DNA of 63,932 bases, the filler included, from Octopus bimaculoides (taxonomy: Eukaryota), in assembly GCF_001194135.2 (NCBI RefSeq). It is 6 parts of 5 records of this genome, joined end to end, with 100 filler letters (N's around TTAATTAATTAA, not from the genome) between each part and the next. Parts side by side here need not be neighbours in the genome. Positions count along the whole stretch, not along the records: positions 1 to 16,000 come from NC_068985.1; 5 more parts are not named here. One strand, written 5' to 3'. Shown piece by piece: positions 1 through 14,361 of this stretch. Position 1 is the first letter of the stretch, and every line of letters begins with the position of its first letter. Below the pieces are notes generated by a model, which was not told the origin of the DNA, made no database searches, and saw only the letters and a program-made list of their open reading frames with translations. The translations under genes and the position numbers were made by a program.

Positions 1-2983
1 TTATAAACTTGAATCGATATCTGTTTCTTATTTTGAAATTTAAAATGGATCTTAACCATATATACCACCTGGGCTCTTCTGCAGTGCAAGGCCTATTTTT
101 CTTTTTAATTATGAGACGACCGTCAACTGAGAACTCAGAACTTACATAATGCGAAATTTTGTAGCTGATGGTGACATAGCACGTCTCGAGTACAAGCTAA
201 TGTGTGTAAATCTTGTTGAATATCAGTGAAACCTCCTTAAATTCGAAGTCTATCCTTTTAAAAAGGAATAAATGTAATGTATTGGGTAAAGTATACACAA
301 ATCTACGAGACAATAGTGATGTCATGCTTTTGCTGCTATGTGTGGTCGGTTAGAACTAAATTGTGATTAAACAATAAAAAAAGCATGGATGATGTAAAGA
401 TCACTTCAGTTGTAAACCCAAACTTGTATCTTCTATGAGAGCTGAAGGCCTACCTAATAGGAAGATATTGCTCTGCTTGTATTGAATTATTCACGCAGCA
501 AACAATTTACATCGTAATTTTATAGATGTCACCAGGATCGTTGTAATGGAGTAATCGACAAAATAATCAAAAATAGAAGTAGTAATCGAAAAGCAAAGTA
601 ACCACACTAAACAACCAGAAACGATATAATTGAACGAAAAAGAAGAAAGAATAATGGATTATAAATCAGAAGCCTTGAGCATGTCATTATCGAGAAGAAA
701 TAGTAAAAATAATAATAATAACAATGAATGTCAACGAATATCAATGCAATGTTTGTTATAATAGTGACATGTAACGAACATGAAATAAAACAAAAACAGT
801 AACGAATAAACAATCAAACAACTGCTGTTACTCAAAAATCAATTAAACCTATAACGCTAACCTCAATTATTTCGTCAATGTCAGTAGCAGTTGCGTCAAC
901 AAATGTTCGGTCATTAGCGACAAAAATATTAACGATATGAATAATGAGCTTTCATATAGACCAAGAGTGATGTGAGGGTAGGGTTGATTTCATAAACCAC
1001 AAAGACATGAACATGTAGGACAAAGCTATTCTCGGTATTGATCTTGGGGCAAAATTGGACGGATTTCGAAATTCGCAAGGTAGTTTGTCGTACCGTCTAC
1101 CAATTCGGCCATAATCACTCTCTATTAAAACGTGCTATCGATTTACTGTTTTAAAATATCTGAATAATGGCATCATTAGAGACAAGAGAATAATCAACAT
1201 CAATAACTATGACAACAAGTGTAAGCTAATGAAAAATAATCAGTGAAAGTGTTTTCTTTGTAGTCTGGGAATACTAACAGTATTAAAATCATCGACTGCA
1301 AGAGTAACAGCGGCAAAGCCTCTCTGACAACAATCACAATATGAACAACAAAAGAAACAAAAATACGGAGATGATTCTGTCTGTATGGTGCTATATGGAA
1401 GGGCAAAACTATACAGAAGTAAATAACTGATTGGATTTATGAAATAAAATATGTTAAAGTATTGCAGCATAAACATCCAATTACCTCATGTATCAAAATA
1501 TTGGCAAAACGTGGAACATCACATTACATTTCACTGCATCACTGCACGAAACCGGAATTCCGAAATGTTTTCAGACTGTTGTAACCTCACACTATTCCAC
1601 AAAATATCATTTCATCAAGAGATAATAAAAAAACCAGCTACACTAATATACAAACAAAATATTTGATGCATAATGGATTATCCAAGTCTTGCCTGCACAT
1701 CAAATCGTTCAACAGGGTGGCGACAGTGTTTATCAATAATAATAATAACTATTGCATCTAATCATCCAACACTACTTATTTGCCACATCCGAGTAAATCA
1801 GGCGGCACATATAATAAATTACGATATGGTTACAACCAATAACATCCATTGTAAGGAAGAACGAACGCAATATTGACAGCATAAGTCGCACTGCACGAAT
1901 GACTATAATAACATAAAAAATAACAACAACAAAGTAGTTACAATGAAACAAGTTAGAGCTATGAGCATATGAAAAAAAATGCAGTTATAAAATTTCATCT
2001 GGGACATGAACAATAACAACAAAATGAATACAGTAATAATGATTTATAACAATAGCATGAGGTCAAACAACATGAGGAAGGATACAGCCGATTCTATCGA
2101 TTCCTAGAATTTTATTTCCTTGAACTCAGAAAGCTGAAGAGTCAAGTTGACCTAAATGCGAGTATAATTCTGAATGTAATATGACGCAGCTACATATCAT
2201 ATCATAAGACTCTTTGTTAGTCGTTGTATCGATCTGTCAAGCGATCACCCTAAAATAACGGTAACGTGATTACTAATACGAAGTGAGACCCCAAAATATA
2301 TGACATTAAAAATCGTACAATAAAAGTCAACAATTAGAACGAAACCAATAACTATTTATTCTGTTATGACAAAATCAAAAAAGATGACGTGCATATAAAT
2401 TTTGAAAAGATGACGTGTGTGAAAATACGATTCGTGGGCAGTTGTAGTCGCAATTATCGATTTATCTTCAAGGAAGAGATCTCGTTCGAATGCATGGAAT
2501 ACTGTGTACTATGCTCAGTACATCTAAAGACCAGCTTGTGTAATGTATCAGACAAATAAAAAACCCTATTATCGAGGTATAAGAACAGACTATCTGTCTG
2601 GTCTTTACAGAATTTCTATCTACCTACGGCTTGAAACCGTTCAAATATTCTTATCAGCAATAAGAATAAGATTTGCGTACAGTGAACCAATATTAAATTT
2701 TAACAGTAATGTTGAGTCGCTGATATGTTAGTTGCTCTTTTATAAGGACAAAGGCTACAGATATTAGTATATATGCCGTGACTACAGCTAATATAGTTTG
2801 AATGGGTATTATTCATTCTTTCCTTCTCATTTATTCTCTTGATCTTAGACAACTCAAAATGTACACCATGACACCAAGAATTAACGCCATGAAAATTGCT
2901 ATGCAATATCTCAACCTGCAATCTAATGTCTATTTTATATTCTTCCATAATTGATTTTTCTTAAACATACAAAAGTATATGGA

Positions 2984-2994
2984 TGTGTGTGCGC

Positions 2995-3036
<42 letters not shown>
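2984..3036. repeat. (GC)n(GT)n dinucleotide microsatellite
   Basis: Direct reading. Confidence 0.95.
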
Positions 3037-3040
<4 letters not shown>

Positions 3041-3458
3041 GTAATGAATACCTGCGTTGAAAAGAGCCTCATATTTCTATACTTCTTCGGAATTCATGAG
3101 TGAGAATTATTTAAATATTGAGTATCATATCGGTTCACTGGACGATATTAAAATATCTAATAAAAACATTTCCGTGCTTTCTGAACATTTCAATTCTTTT
3201 CACCAAAATAAACATCACTAAAACTAACATAATCGAAAATTATATTTATAAATGGTTAATTGGAGAATGCTGCTTTTAAGAATGTGGACATATGTAAAGA
3301 AATTCCAAGAAATGAGAGCAATAAGACACAAAAAAATGTAAGGTTTCCAAAATGACATCTTCAGAGATAATCATTTCTTTAATAATGGTATCGGACGAAT
3401 TGTAATGCATTTTGGATTAAATGACTATATTTGTATTTTTCCGATCAATATTTCTCAG

Positions 3459-3538
3459 CAGTACATAAAGATTCAGCAATTCAAAGTGAACTGTTGGAGA
3501 TGGTGCGCAATCCGTCTGCACGAAGAGCATTTTTCTGA
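3459..3538 (+). CDS. Candidate terminal coding exon of an unidentified gene (VHKDSAIQSELLEMVRNPSARRAFF*)
   Basis: Pyrimidine-rich acceptor tatttttccgatcaatatttctcag|cag (NAGNAG), 25 open codons, then TGA. No upstream exon or homology recognised. Confidence 0.25.
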
Positions 3539-3599
3539 GATTTGAAAAAAAAAAAATTGTGAAGTAAGAAACTAAGATACATGAAAACAATGACGTTTG

Positions 3600-3699
3600 C
3601 AATAATAATAATGATAACAACAATAATAATAATAATAATGATAATAATAATGATGATGATGATGATGATGATGATGACGATGATGATGATGATAATAAT
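3600..3699. repeat. Compound (AAT)n/(GAT)n microsatellite
   Basis: Direct reading; abuts a Dong fragment. Confidence 0.95.
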
Positions 3700-3960
3700 A
3701 CAAACCGGATCATCAAAGCTAATAACCAAGATATTATTGTGAAAGACAAAACAATACAGTCTGTTTATTGATTCACATGAGCATACCATGTGATTATAAT
3801 ATTTCGACAAAAGAATTCGATAAGCTCAGGAAATATAAAGATTTTCTGATTGAAATGTAGCATTTCAAGACGGTGACAATACCAACGATTGTAAGAGTGC
3901 TTGGAATGATGAAAAAGTGAACTGAAAATTGTCTTAGCAGGTACGTCTTTTGAGAAGAGC
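3700..3960 (+). mobile_element. R4/Dong-like non-LTR retrotransposon, degenerate restriction-like endonuclease (RLE) C-terminus
   Basis: Translates across lesions as TNRIIKANNQDIIVKDK..SIPCDYNISTKEFDKLRKYKD..PTIVRVLGMMKK, resembling the PD-(D/E)xK RLE end of R4-clade ORFs. Confidence 0.75.
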
Positions 3961-4204
3961 ATTGTCGCTGTGAAATTTCTTTCCTTTTCCCATTTAATTT
4001 CTTTGTTTTCTTGTTTTCCTGTTTTAATCGTTTCCTTCTTTCCTCTCTCTTTCCTTTTATTCTATCACGTGGCTAGGTAAACAATCTGGTGTGTTTATTT
4101 TAATAGCCTACCAAAGTATACAGTGAGTTTCTTTGAGCTAGGTGTTGGGAAGACACTCGGTAAAAAAATGGAAACAAAATTGAAAGAAGATGCCCGATAA
4201 TAGA

Positions 4205-4530
4205 CATAATATGTCTGGTTACAACAGGCTCGAAGAGAAAGAAGAAAATGTAAACAGCTATGATGAATTGAAGTTGAAAATACGCAAGTTGTGGGCAATG
4301 AAGAGTGTGTACGTGACAACAATATGGACTAGCGAGCTTGGAAGTATCAGTACTCAAGTGCTAACGTTGCTCAAAAAGATTGGTACAAATGTAAAGATAG
4401 GACACCTGCAAAAACCACCATTGCTTGAAACTTCAAGCGTTCCCCGAATGGTTCATGAAGCATGATCATTAAACAGGAGCCACCTAAGTCTGCTGTCTGT
4501 GTGCTTATGATTCTGCCGACTCGCCGCCTT

Positions 4531-4590
<60 letters not shown>
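4205..4590 (+). mobile_element. R4/Dong-like 3' fragment with (AAC)n tail
   Basis: EEKEENVNSYDELKLKIRKLWAMKSV..LGSIS..HLQK; same subfamily as the end of 8643-9965; (AAC)n at ~4531-4590. Confidence 0.8.
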
Positions 4591-4592
<2 letters not shown>

Positions 4593-4692
4593 AACACAAA
4601 ACACAAAACACAAAACACAAAACAAGCGATTGTCTGGACGAGTTCGTCGCAGCTCTGACCAGTTAGCAGCTGAAGACAGAGAAATACAATTA

Positions 4693-4800
4693 CAGTAACC
4701 CTCGACTATCGCGGGTAATACGTTCCAAAACCTCCCGTGATAGATAAAAATCTGCGAAGTAGAAACAGTAGTGTACTGTATACTTTTAGAATTATTTTTT
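4693..4800 (+). mobile_element. Pogo/Tigger-like transposon terminus
   Basis: TA|CAGTAACCCTCGACTATCGCGGGTAATACGTTCC resembles Tigger-type TIRs; the other end was not found. Confidence 0.45.
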
Positions 4801-5499
4801 ATAATTATCCGAATGTGCAAGCAACTCTTTTATCAGAAGAACACTTTTAAACACCTCCGGCTATCTGACTTAGGCAACTTCCTAATAAGCGACTATCTGT
4901 CAGTGCATAATTTGTAATATCTTCTAGCTTTTCGAACTGACCAAATATTCTCCTTACATAGTCAGGACAAATTGACGCGCCTCCAAAATTTTAAACTTTT
5001 TCCAGAACTGATAAGAAATGCTCAAGATAAGCGATTGGCATATGAACAAACTGCCCCGCTGCGAAGACTGTAAAGCATAGTAAAACTTCATTTAATATTA
5101 AAAATAAAATCAACCGTAATTCAAACAGAATAAAATGAATAATCTCTCCTCAAAATCTATCATCACTCTCATTAATAAAAGTAGAAGTAACTAGTATTGC
5201 TCTAGGCACATAACTTGACCTTTGCTGACCACATGGGTACAAACATGCTTTGTAGGTTCCCTGTCAACATTTATTGAATCTATTTATTGACAAATGATAT
5301 CTAAATCTATGTCCATTAACCTGTGTTTCTTCCTCCTCTAAAGTTAATGCAGTTAGCTTAACTTTGCCAATCTCCAACAACGACATGAGCAACAGCTCAT
5401 AGATTGACGACGATAACAACGATAGCACGTTCACTGTTAACATGGCTTCAGAACGTAGCCACAATGTTAGAAACAACAACAACAACAAAAATACTGGAT

Positions 5500-5677
5500 T
5501 CAAATTTGGGCACAAGCCCATATAGTTTGGAGTAGAGGGCAAGTCAATAACAACGCCCTCATTGCTCCACTGGTACTTATTTTATCGACCTCGAAAATAT
5601 GAAAGGCATAATCGTCCTCGGCGGAATTTGATTTCAAAATGTACAGACGGACAAGTATTTTGCTCAGCGTGCCGCCT
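5500..5677 (-). mobile_element. tRNA-derived SINE (same family as 52855-53060), degenerate
   Basis: ggtacttattttatcgacc..tgaaaggc..cctcggcggaatttga is the reverse complement of the body at 52855-53060. Confidence 0.75.
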
Positions 5678-5678
5678 T

Positions 5679-5744
<66 letters not shown>

Positions 5745-5745
5745 T
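5678..5745. repeat. (TAA)n microsatellite at the Tx1-like 3' end
   Basis: Direct reading. Confidence 0.95.
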
Positions 5746-8119
5746 AATTCGTTTAATTGGCCACAAGGGCTAATATCAAGCAAAAACATGTAAGGACAAA
5801 GACAGGACGAAGGTTACAAAAGGTTTTGTCCGAAAAGTAGAAAAACGTTCGTGTAAACAGAGGAAAAAACGGAGAAAGATATANNNNNNNNNNNNNNNNN
5901 NNNNNNNNNNNNNNNNNNNNNNNNNNNNNNNNNNNNNNNNNNNNNNNNNNNNNNNNNNNNNNNNNNNNNNNNNNNNNNNNNNNNNNNNNNNNNNNNNNNN
6001 NNNNNNNNNNNNNNNNNNNNNNNNNNNNNNNNNNNNNNNNNNNNNNNNNNNNNNNNNNNNNNNNNNNNNNNNNNNNNNNNNNNNNNNNNNNNNNNNNNNN
6101 NNNNNNNNNNNNNNNNNNNNNNNNNNNNNNNNNNNNNNNNNNNNNNNNNNNNNNNNNNNNNNNNNNNNNNNNNNNNNNNNNNNNNNNNNNNNNNNNNNNN
6201 NNNNNNNNNNNNNNNNNNNNNNNNNNNNNNNNNNNNNNNNNNNNNNNNNNNNNNNNNNNNNNNNNNNNNNAAGGCATAGGAAAATTGCCTTGCCCTCCCG
6301 GTTAAAGGAGGTCGGCGGGTCAATCCTCATGATGGATTCAGCTGATAGCCGGATCCGTCCTACATGTGACAGTAGCTGTTCGACATAAACCCACAGGTCA
6401 GAAATACTCGGGCACTTGACGAGTGCGTGCAGAGCGGTTTCGTCGTCCTGAGCGCACCTCGGGCAGGCGGCTGACGGCACTTCCGTGCCGGTAGAGTTTA
6501 TCTCGAACAGGTAGCACACCTCGATAGCACTGCCAGGCGAGGGACCTTTGGAAATTATACATGGGCCCCGGCCCGAAAGTTCTCCCGAACAGACTGTTTA
6601 ACTGATTATCTTCGACACCTAGAGTTTCCCCGAGAACGTCGTCGCACTTTGCCTCCACTAACCCTCTATAGAACGCAAGAGTGGAGCTACTACCGATCGC
6701 ACTGCCCGCTTAACTGAGGGCGGTGAGAGCTTGGCGGCACTCGAGATGCTAAGTGCCCTTTCTCGGTCTACGTTTGATCCAGGATTGCAGCTCTGTTAAA
6801 AAAACGAGCTGCGGAAAATCGCGTCTGACGAACGGCGACCACATCTGTTCACCGTCCAGGAAACGCTTGAGATGTAGCTTGAGCGCATGTTTGCGCATCA
6901 GCAACCACAGCATGCCAAGGCCTCCGTTCAGCGACTGTTGACAGCAGATGGAGCGCCTGACCAGTGGTACCTGACCCTTCCACAAAAGGTTGAAGAGCAA
7001 GCGTACTATCCTGGTTAACCACCGGTCGGGACTAGGGACGACGGTCAAGCGTTAATAGATGATGGATGCGATGTACGCATTCACCACCTCCGCTCGACCT
7101 TTCAAGGAGAGCTTCCTCTCGGCCCATTTCTGGGTGAGATTAGCCACCTTGTTCGTCACTTCTTCCCAGTTTTTCCCCAACTGGAGGTCCGGACCGAACC
7201 AGACCCCGAGCAATTTAACGGGTCCGTCTGTCCAGCACCCTACGACGCTGTTGGACGGCATGGACTTGCCCCTCCCGGTGCCCAGTTGCAAGCCCACTGA
7301 CTTTTCCGCATTAATTTTAGCACCTGTCACCGCTTCATACTCGTTTAGTGTCTCGCCAATCAGGTCAATATGCCTGTGGCTCGACACCATCACGGTGACG
7401 TCGTCGGCATAGGCAGACACGCTCTTCCCATATCCCAGATCGCGTGGGATACCCCTCAAAGCCTCCAACTTCCGCAGTAATGGCTCGAGAGTCAATACAT
7501 ACAGAAGGGAGGAGAGAGGACATCCTTGGCGAACCGAACGCGAGATGTTGAACGCTTCAGATAGATGGCCGTTCACCCGTATGACCGAGCAGATGCCGCT
7601 GTATAAAGCAGCTATCAAACCGCGGAAGACCGGACCGAAGCCAGCTGCCTTGAGAACAGCTGCCAGTTATCGATGGTCGACCCTATCGAAGGCTTTAGAC
7701 TGATCTAAATTGATCAAAGCCCCAACCGCGCCAGCTTCGTTACCCACCCTTGCCGATCAGTTTGCCCACGACAAGAGCCAATCTCTTGGCTAGCACCTTG
7801 GCCAAAATCTTCAACTCAGCATTGACCAGAGTGATGGGCCTAAAGTTCCCTATAATGTCCCCATTGTTTGGGTTCTTTCTTAGCAAAGCCACCACTCCTC
7901 GACAAACAAAAACAGAAATTCTCCAGTTTTGTTGCCAGTTGCAGTAGACGTTTGCCAAGACGCCCGCAAACAAGTCTGGCACTGACGTATAAAACTCGTA
8001 AGGCAGACCACCCAAACCGGTGATCTACCTCTCGTGCAGCTTTTCATCGCTTCCTGAACTTCCCAGGCAGATATGGGTCCTTCGCAGTACTCGGCTTCGC
8101 TGGTCGAGAGTTGCGGCAG
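5746..8119 (-). mobile_element. Tx1/L1-clade LINE, 5'-truncated frameshifted ORF2 (RT plus C-terminal CCHC), interrupted by an assembly gap
   Basis: Minus-strand ORF pieces: LPQLSTSEAEYCEGPI, GLPYEFY, NFRPITLVNAELKILAKVLAKRL, RQGCPLSSLLYVLTLEPL, AYADDVTV, KLSLKGRAEVVNAY, CPRCAQDDETALHALVKC; the 3' end runs into (TTA)n. Confidence 0.9.
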
Positions 8120-8490
8120 GTATGAGCATAAACCACAGAGAGTGGCGGAGTAGGAGACCACAAAATCCCCTGCGATTTCCCAATCCAAACGGATCAGGTG
8201 CTAGAGCATAAGGGACCAGACATAGTGGTGGTAGACAAAATGCACGACATGTATTATATAGTTGATGTTGCATGCCCCTTTGACACATGAATAGTCAAGA
8301 AGGAAGTCGAAAAAGTAGATATATACAATCCTCTTATGCGCAAAATAGCCCGCTACGGAAAATGAAGATGAAGTTAGTCCTTGAAGACAGTACCAGAAGG
8401 CATCAAGCGGAATATAAAGGAAATCGGAATGGAGTGACCAGTAGAACTGTTACAAAAGACTCCAGAACTTATAAGAACACCTGAGATAAA
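8120..8490 (+). mobile_element. R4/Dong-like RLE fragment, head-to-head with the Tx1-like element
   Basis: YEHKPQRVAE..KIPCDFPIQTDQVLEHKGPDIVVVDK..IVDVACPFD. Confidence 0.8.
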
Positions 8491-8499
8491 ATGAAAAAT

Positions 8500-9966
<1,467 letters not shown>

Positions 9967-9967
9967 C

Positions 9968-10648
9968 GTACCTAGAAAGGAAGGCGGAAGAGGTTAACAT
10001 CAGTAGAAGACTGCGTGGAGTAAGCTAGAGCAGATATAGACTCCTATGTAGGTAATAGAGAAGAAAGTTTATTAAAAGCTGCTAGACTCCCAGCAAGACA
10101 CGGGCAAACCGAAAACTCAAATGAAGTTAAAAAACTTGAAAAAAGAACAGAAATTATCTGACCGGCAAGAGAAGCAGTTACATGGTAGATTCCCAAAGAT
10201 AGTTGCAGCAAATTGTAGAAGTGTGACATAATTATGTTTGGAGAAAGGAAAAATGAAAGGCGAGATAGAGAGTTTGTTGGTAGCAGCACATGCTCAAGAA
10301 TTACGGACTAATTGGATAAAAACCAAGATAGACAAAAAACCAAGTAGATTCCCAATGTAGGTTATGCAAATCAAAAGAAGAAAGCGTCATTCTTATAGTA
10401 AGTGAATGTAGCATACTGGCACAGAAAGAATACAAGAAAAGACATGACAACCTAGGGAGAGTAATCCATTGGGAGTTATGTAGAAAGCTAGCATTTGAAC
10501 ATACTGATAAATGGTACGAAAGTGAACCTCGTAAAGTACTAGAAAGTAAGAAATTCAAGATGGCGTGGGACTTTAACATTCAGACGAACAGAGTAATAGA
10601 AGCTAGAAGGCCTGATTTAGTAGTAGTAGTAGTAGTAGTAGTAGTAGC

Positions 10649-10701
<53 letters not shown>

Positions 10702-11060
10702 TAGTAGTAGATAAAGTAAATACAAAATGCGAGATAATTGACTTTACAGTCCCAAATGATGAAGAAATCAATATGAGAGGTACAGAAAAAATAGCAAGTA
10801 CCATGACCTATCCATTGAATTACAGAGACTATGGAAAGTGGGGGTAAAATGTATCCCAGTAGTTATAGGTCCATTGGGAACTATCCCTAAAGATCTGAAC
10901 AGATGGATAGAGGTAATAGACATAAAACTCAGTTTAGTACAGCCCCAGAAAACAGTGTTATTAGGAACAGCTAGGATACTTAGGAGGGTTCTTGGTATCT
11001 AAAGTTACTTTAGATGTTAGGATTATTTCAACAGTCTAATCTGTTGTATGAATAGGAAAA

Positions 11061-11101
<41 letters not shown>

Positions 11102-11121
11102 ATAATAATAATAATAATAAT
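9968..11121 (+). mobile_element. R4/Dong-like retrotransposon 3' portion (second subfamily) with internal in-frame (GTA)n and a (TAC)n(AAT)n tail
   Basis: RKGGRG at the start; CRLCKSKEESVILIVSECSILAQKEYKKRHDNLG; WDFNIQTNRVIEARRPDL(V)n-DK..IIDFTVP; tail at 11061-11121. Confidence 0.9.
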
Positions 11122-11290
11122 GATACGGTGTTATTAGGGACAGCTTGGTTACTTAGGAGGGTTCTTAGCATCTAAGGTTACTTGTAGCCCGATGCTAGGA
11201 GTTTTTTTCTTTTCCGACAGTCTAATCTGTTGTGTACATGTGAATAGTAATAATATTAGCAACAACAACAACAACAACAACAAAACCAAC
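11122..11290 (+). mobile_element. Very short 3' end of the same Dong subfamily followed by (AAC)n
   Basis: gtgttattagggacagct..cttaggagggttcttagcatctaaggttact..acagtctaatctgttgt repeats the 3' end at ~10955-11050. Confidence 0.8.
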
Positions 11291-11315
11291 AACAAAAGCA
11301 ACAGCAACAATAATA

Positions 11316-11780
11316 ATGACTTCTTTATTAACCACAAAGCGTTTACATTAAGACAAAAATATTATGGATAGCACAGGACAAAGCAAAGAATGTGTATATG
11401 TTTGTGAGTGCGTGTTTGAGGGTTTTGCGTGTATACAAGATTAACAAAATTGAAAAAAAATCAACTATGTGCGATCCTCAATAGGGAGGAGACTTTCGAG
11501 GGCTGCTCATGGAAAAATCCCATAAAAACCATGGTTATTCTGACTTGTCGGGCATGTGCCTTTTTGAGCTACAGGTGTATGCTCCGTCTGGCCCGTTCAC
11601 ATGTACCATTCTCGTCACTTTCATCCACCTTTCAGCAAACTGGCTAGAAGACAACACTTCTCTTATTTTTCTTTCAAGTAAAACTTGAAGAAGTTGATCT
11701 GGGATTGGGCCAAGAGAAAACTGTTTGTCTTCAGCTCTCAGTCTCGTCCACAATACAACTTTTTTCACCATGGCCACCAG
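11316..11780 (-). mobile_element. Tx1/L1-clade LINE 3' fragment
   Basis: LVAMVKKVVLWTRL..ERKIR..SSSQFAERWMKVTRMVHVNG; the 3' UTR ends ..ctttgtggttaataaag, like the end at ~5750 (cttgtggccaattaaac). Confidence 0.7.
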
Positions 11781-12680
11781 GCATATAAATACAGCCTAAG
11801 TAAAAACCAACAATGGCTCGAAAGCGCTGGACTAAATGCTGAAACGCAGGGACCAATTCTCGCTGCACAAGACCAATGTCTGGCTACAAAAAAATATGAA
11901 AACAAAATAATGAAAACAGGCCCCAACACCAAATCAGAATGGGCAACCAGCACAATGAGACCGTTGATCACATCATCTCTGGTTGTCCATTTTTTGCCAT
12001 ATCTGAATATATATACAGACACAACCGAGTAAGCAGTTATATTTACTAGACAACATGCTAACACTACAACATAAAAACTGACAATATATGGTATAAATAT
12101 GTGCCAAACAAGGTATAAGACAACGACCAGGCCACAATCATCTGGGATATGTCTGTTCATACCGACGAAGAAATATAAGCTAATCGGCCATAATAATCAG
12201 TCATAATAATCAAGGATAGGAAAGAAAAAAGAACACCTGCTTACTGACAGACATTGTAGGTCCTTCTGATATTGTCCAAAAAGAAGTGAAGAAAATGTCA
12301 AATTACAAAGACCTCGCAACTGAAGTATTCAAGATCTGGGACATGAATGTGAAAACAATACCAGTAATAAGTGGAGTACTGGGCATGATAAAACACATAT
12401 GATTTAAAACGTAGAAGCTATATCTAGATCCTCAACACTACACACTATCCAAAACATAGCCTAGCTAGGAACAGCGAAGACTCTACGTAAGACACTCTCA
12501 ATTCAATAATATAACTTAAACAAAACAATCCATAAACACAAGACACACTCTATACATCAAGTATCCAATGAAATAAAACACCACCAGTAATTTAGAGACC
12601 CAACACATTACACACATGGTACCCAATATAAAGACTAATACACCAACAGACAGTACGACTCCTAAAAAGTAAAGGAACTA
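11781..12680 (+). mobile_element. R4/Dong-like 3' fragment (third subfamily)
   Basis: QQWLESAGLNAETQGPILAAQDQCLATKKY; ETVDHIISGCP; IIWDMSVHTD..ANRP; YKDLATEVFKIWDM..IPVISGVLG. Confidence 0.85.
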
Positions 12681-12808
12681 ACGCAATACTACATTGTCGG
12701 GAAGAGTTTGCACATTCCCAATAACAAAATAGAATACACAATGCTGCACCCACCCCAAAAACTCGGAGCCGTAGCAGGTAATGCCTGAAGTTACCAAATA
12801 TTGAACAA

Positions 12809-12809
<1 letters not shown>

Positions 12810-12875
<66 letters not shown>
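12810..12875. repeat. (CTA)n microsatellite
   Basis: Direct reading. Confidence 0.95.
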
Positions 12876-12876
<1 letters not shown>

Positions 12877-13120
12877 AATGCCCTGTTGCAGTACCAGGCA
12901 ATGGCTCGCATGGCCTCTGATGTTAACAAATTGGAAGTGTTGTCATTTACATGTTTTGTCTTGGTGCTCAATATCACAGATTTGTTTGTCAGTTGCTTGA
13001 CCATAACCAGTTGAGCATGTCCCCTAGTGGCTGACGACATGTGCATCTCTGATCACCAAGAGTAGTGGGGGAGCATTATAGCCATGTCTTGAGAAGAATT
13101 CTTTGGGGTTTGAATAATTT
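12877..13120. mobile_element. Short interspersed repeat; a related inverted copy lies at ~43420-43560
   Basis: cagttgcttgaccataaccagttgagcatgtccc..gggggagcattatagcc is reverse-complementary to 43420-43560. Confidence 0.6.
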
Positions 13121-14361
13121 ACCTTTGGAAACATGGGTGCTTTGTTCATCATCCTTAAACAAAGTTTATTTCAATAGCACTCGATCACTTATTGAAATCA
13201 TGTGGATATCTAAGGTTACAGCGAGTAACCCACTATCCACAAATTCTGTTAGAAATAAGACCAATCCTGAGTTATGCAATAATGATAATTTCATGAAAAA
13301 CTTTAATACTTTAGAGAAGAGAAACTATTGTCTACATATAAAATATGGAATATTTTCTATATACTGAAGCGGTATTCACTTTTCTGAATTAGATTTATTA
13401 TAGAATATTTCTATTATATTTTAGTCTCTTATAGACTAAACGTCAATATGCATCAATACAATATTTTTCTTTCGAAGCCTTGTGGCAGGGATTTTTAGAA
13501 CATAGAAAAAAAAATCCCCCAAAAACAAAAACAACAAAAAAACCCCCAAAACTTTCATTACTATCTTCTTATGTATTTACTATTTTATTCATTTAAATTT
13601 TTAGCTCATGTAGAGAAAATGTAATTTGATAAGAACTGCAGGGTGTATCCATAATAAAATAAAATAAATAATAATTTAGTCGCAGTTTACAGATAAAAAA
13701 AATCATTCTCCGTTTCAGATTAATGTAAATCTACTGAGAGGATTTCCATTTTAAATATGATCGTGTAAGGCATTTTACATTGATTCTTTTAAAATTGAAC
13801 AAAGCAGAATATATGATTGTTTTCTAACTGCAAACATATTTCTACACTGTAAATTTACAATTCTAGGATTTGAATTATACGTGAGCGAACATTATATTTG
13901 TTGTTTTTTTCCACCAAACTGTCATGTTATCAAAACTTTTACCAGCCACAAATGAAAACAATTTATTTAATGAAACAAGTGATTTTATAACATTAAATTA
14001 TTTCATGTCATTAAGTCTAGAGATAGATAATCATTAACATTATGTGTATAGTTAACATGAAGGTATTATTTGTCAAGCAATTAACGATTATTAAGGCTTC
14101 TAATCATAGCTGAAACCAGTTATGTCATCACATTTCGCAAATGTGAGTCTGGAAGGGTTTCTCTGTGAATATGTAGACACATTTTCGGTATCAATGTGAG
14201 TTGTCATTTACATTAGCTCAACAAAATACAGCAGTTCATGTAAAAGTAATCCACATCTCTCGCAATAGACCAAGTAAGTGTGCACATACATTATTGTTAT
14301 TTTTTGTTCATAAGGTTTCTTGATATCAATGTGCGAAGAGATAAAAGATATATATTCTTAT

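Noticed and set aside
2831-2915. Minus-strand putative tail-anchor exon (LRYCIAIFMALILGVMVYILSCLRSRE*)
   Set aside because: Weak pyrimidine tract; the nearest upstream candidate exon has stops in the required frame; hydrophobic runs are common in AT-rich DNA.
14150-14240. Minus-strand TEKPF..IC resembling a C2H2 zinc-finger linker
   Set aside because: A single short match without correct Cys/His spacing or neighbouring fingers.
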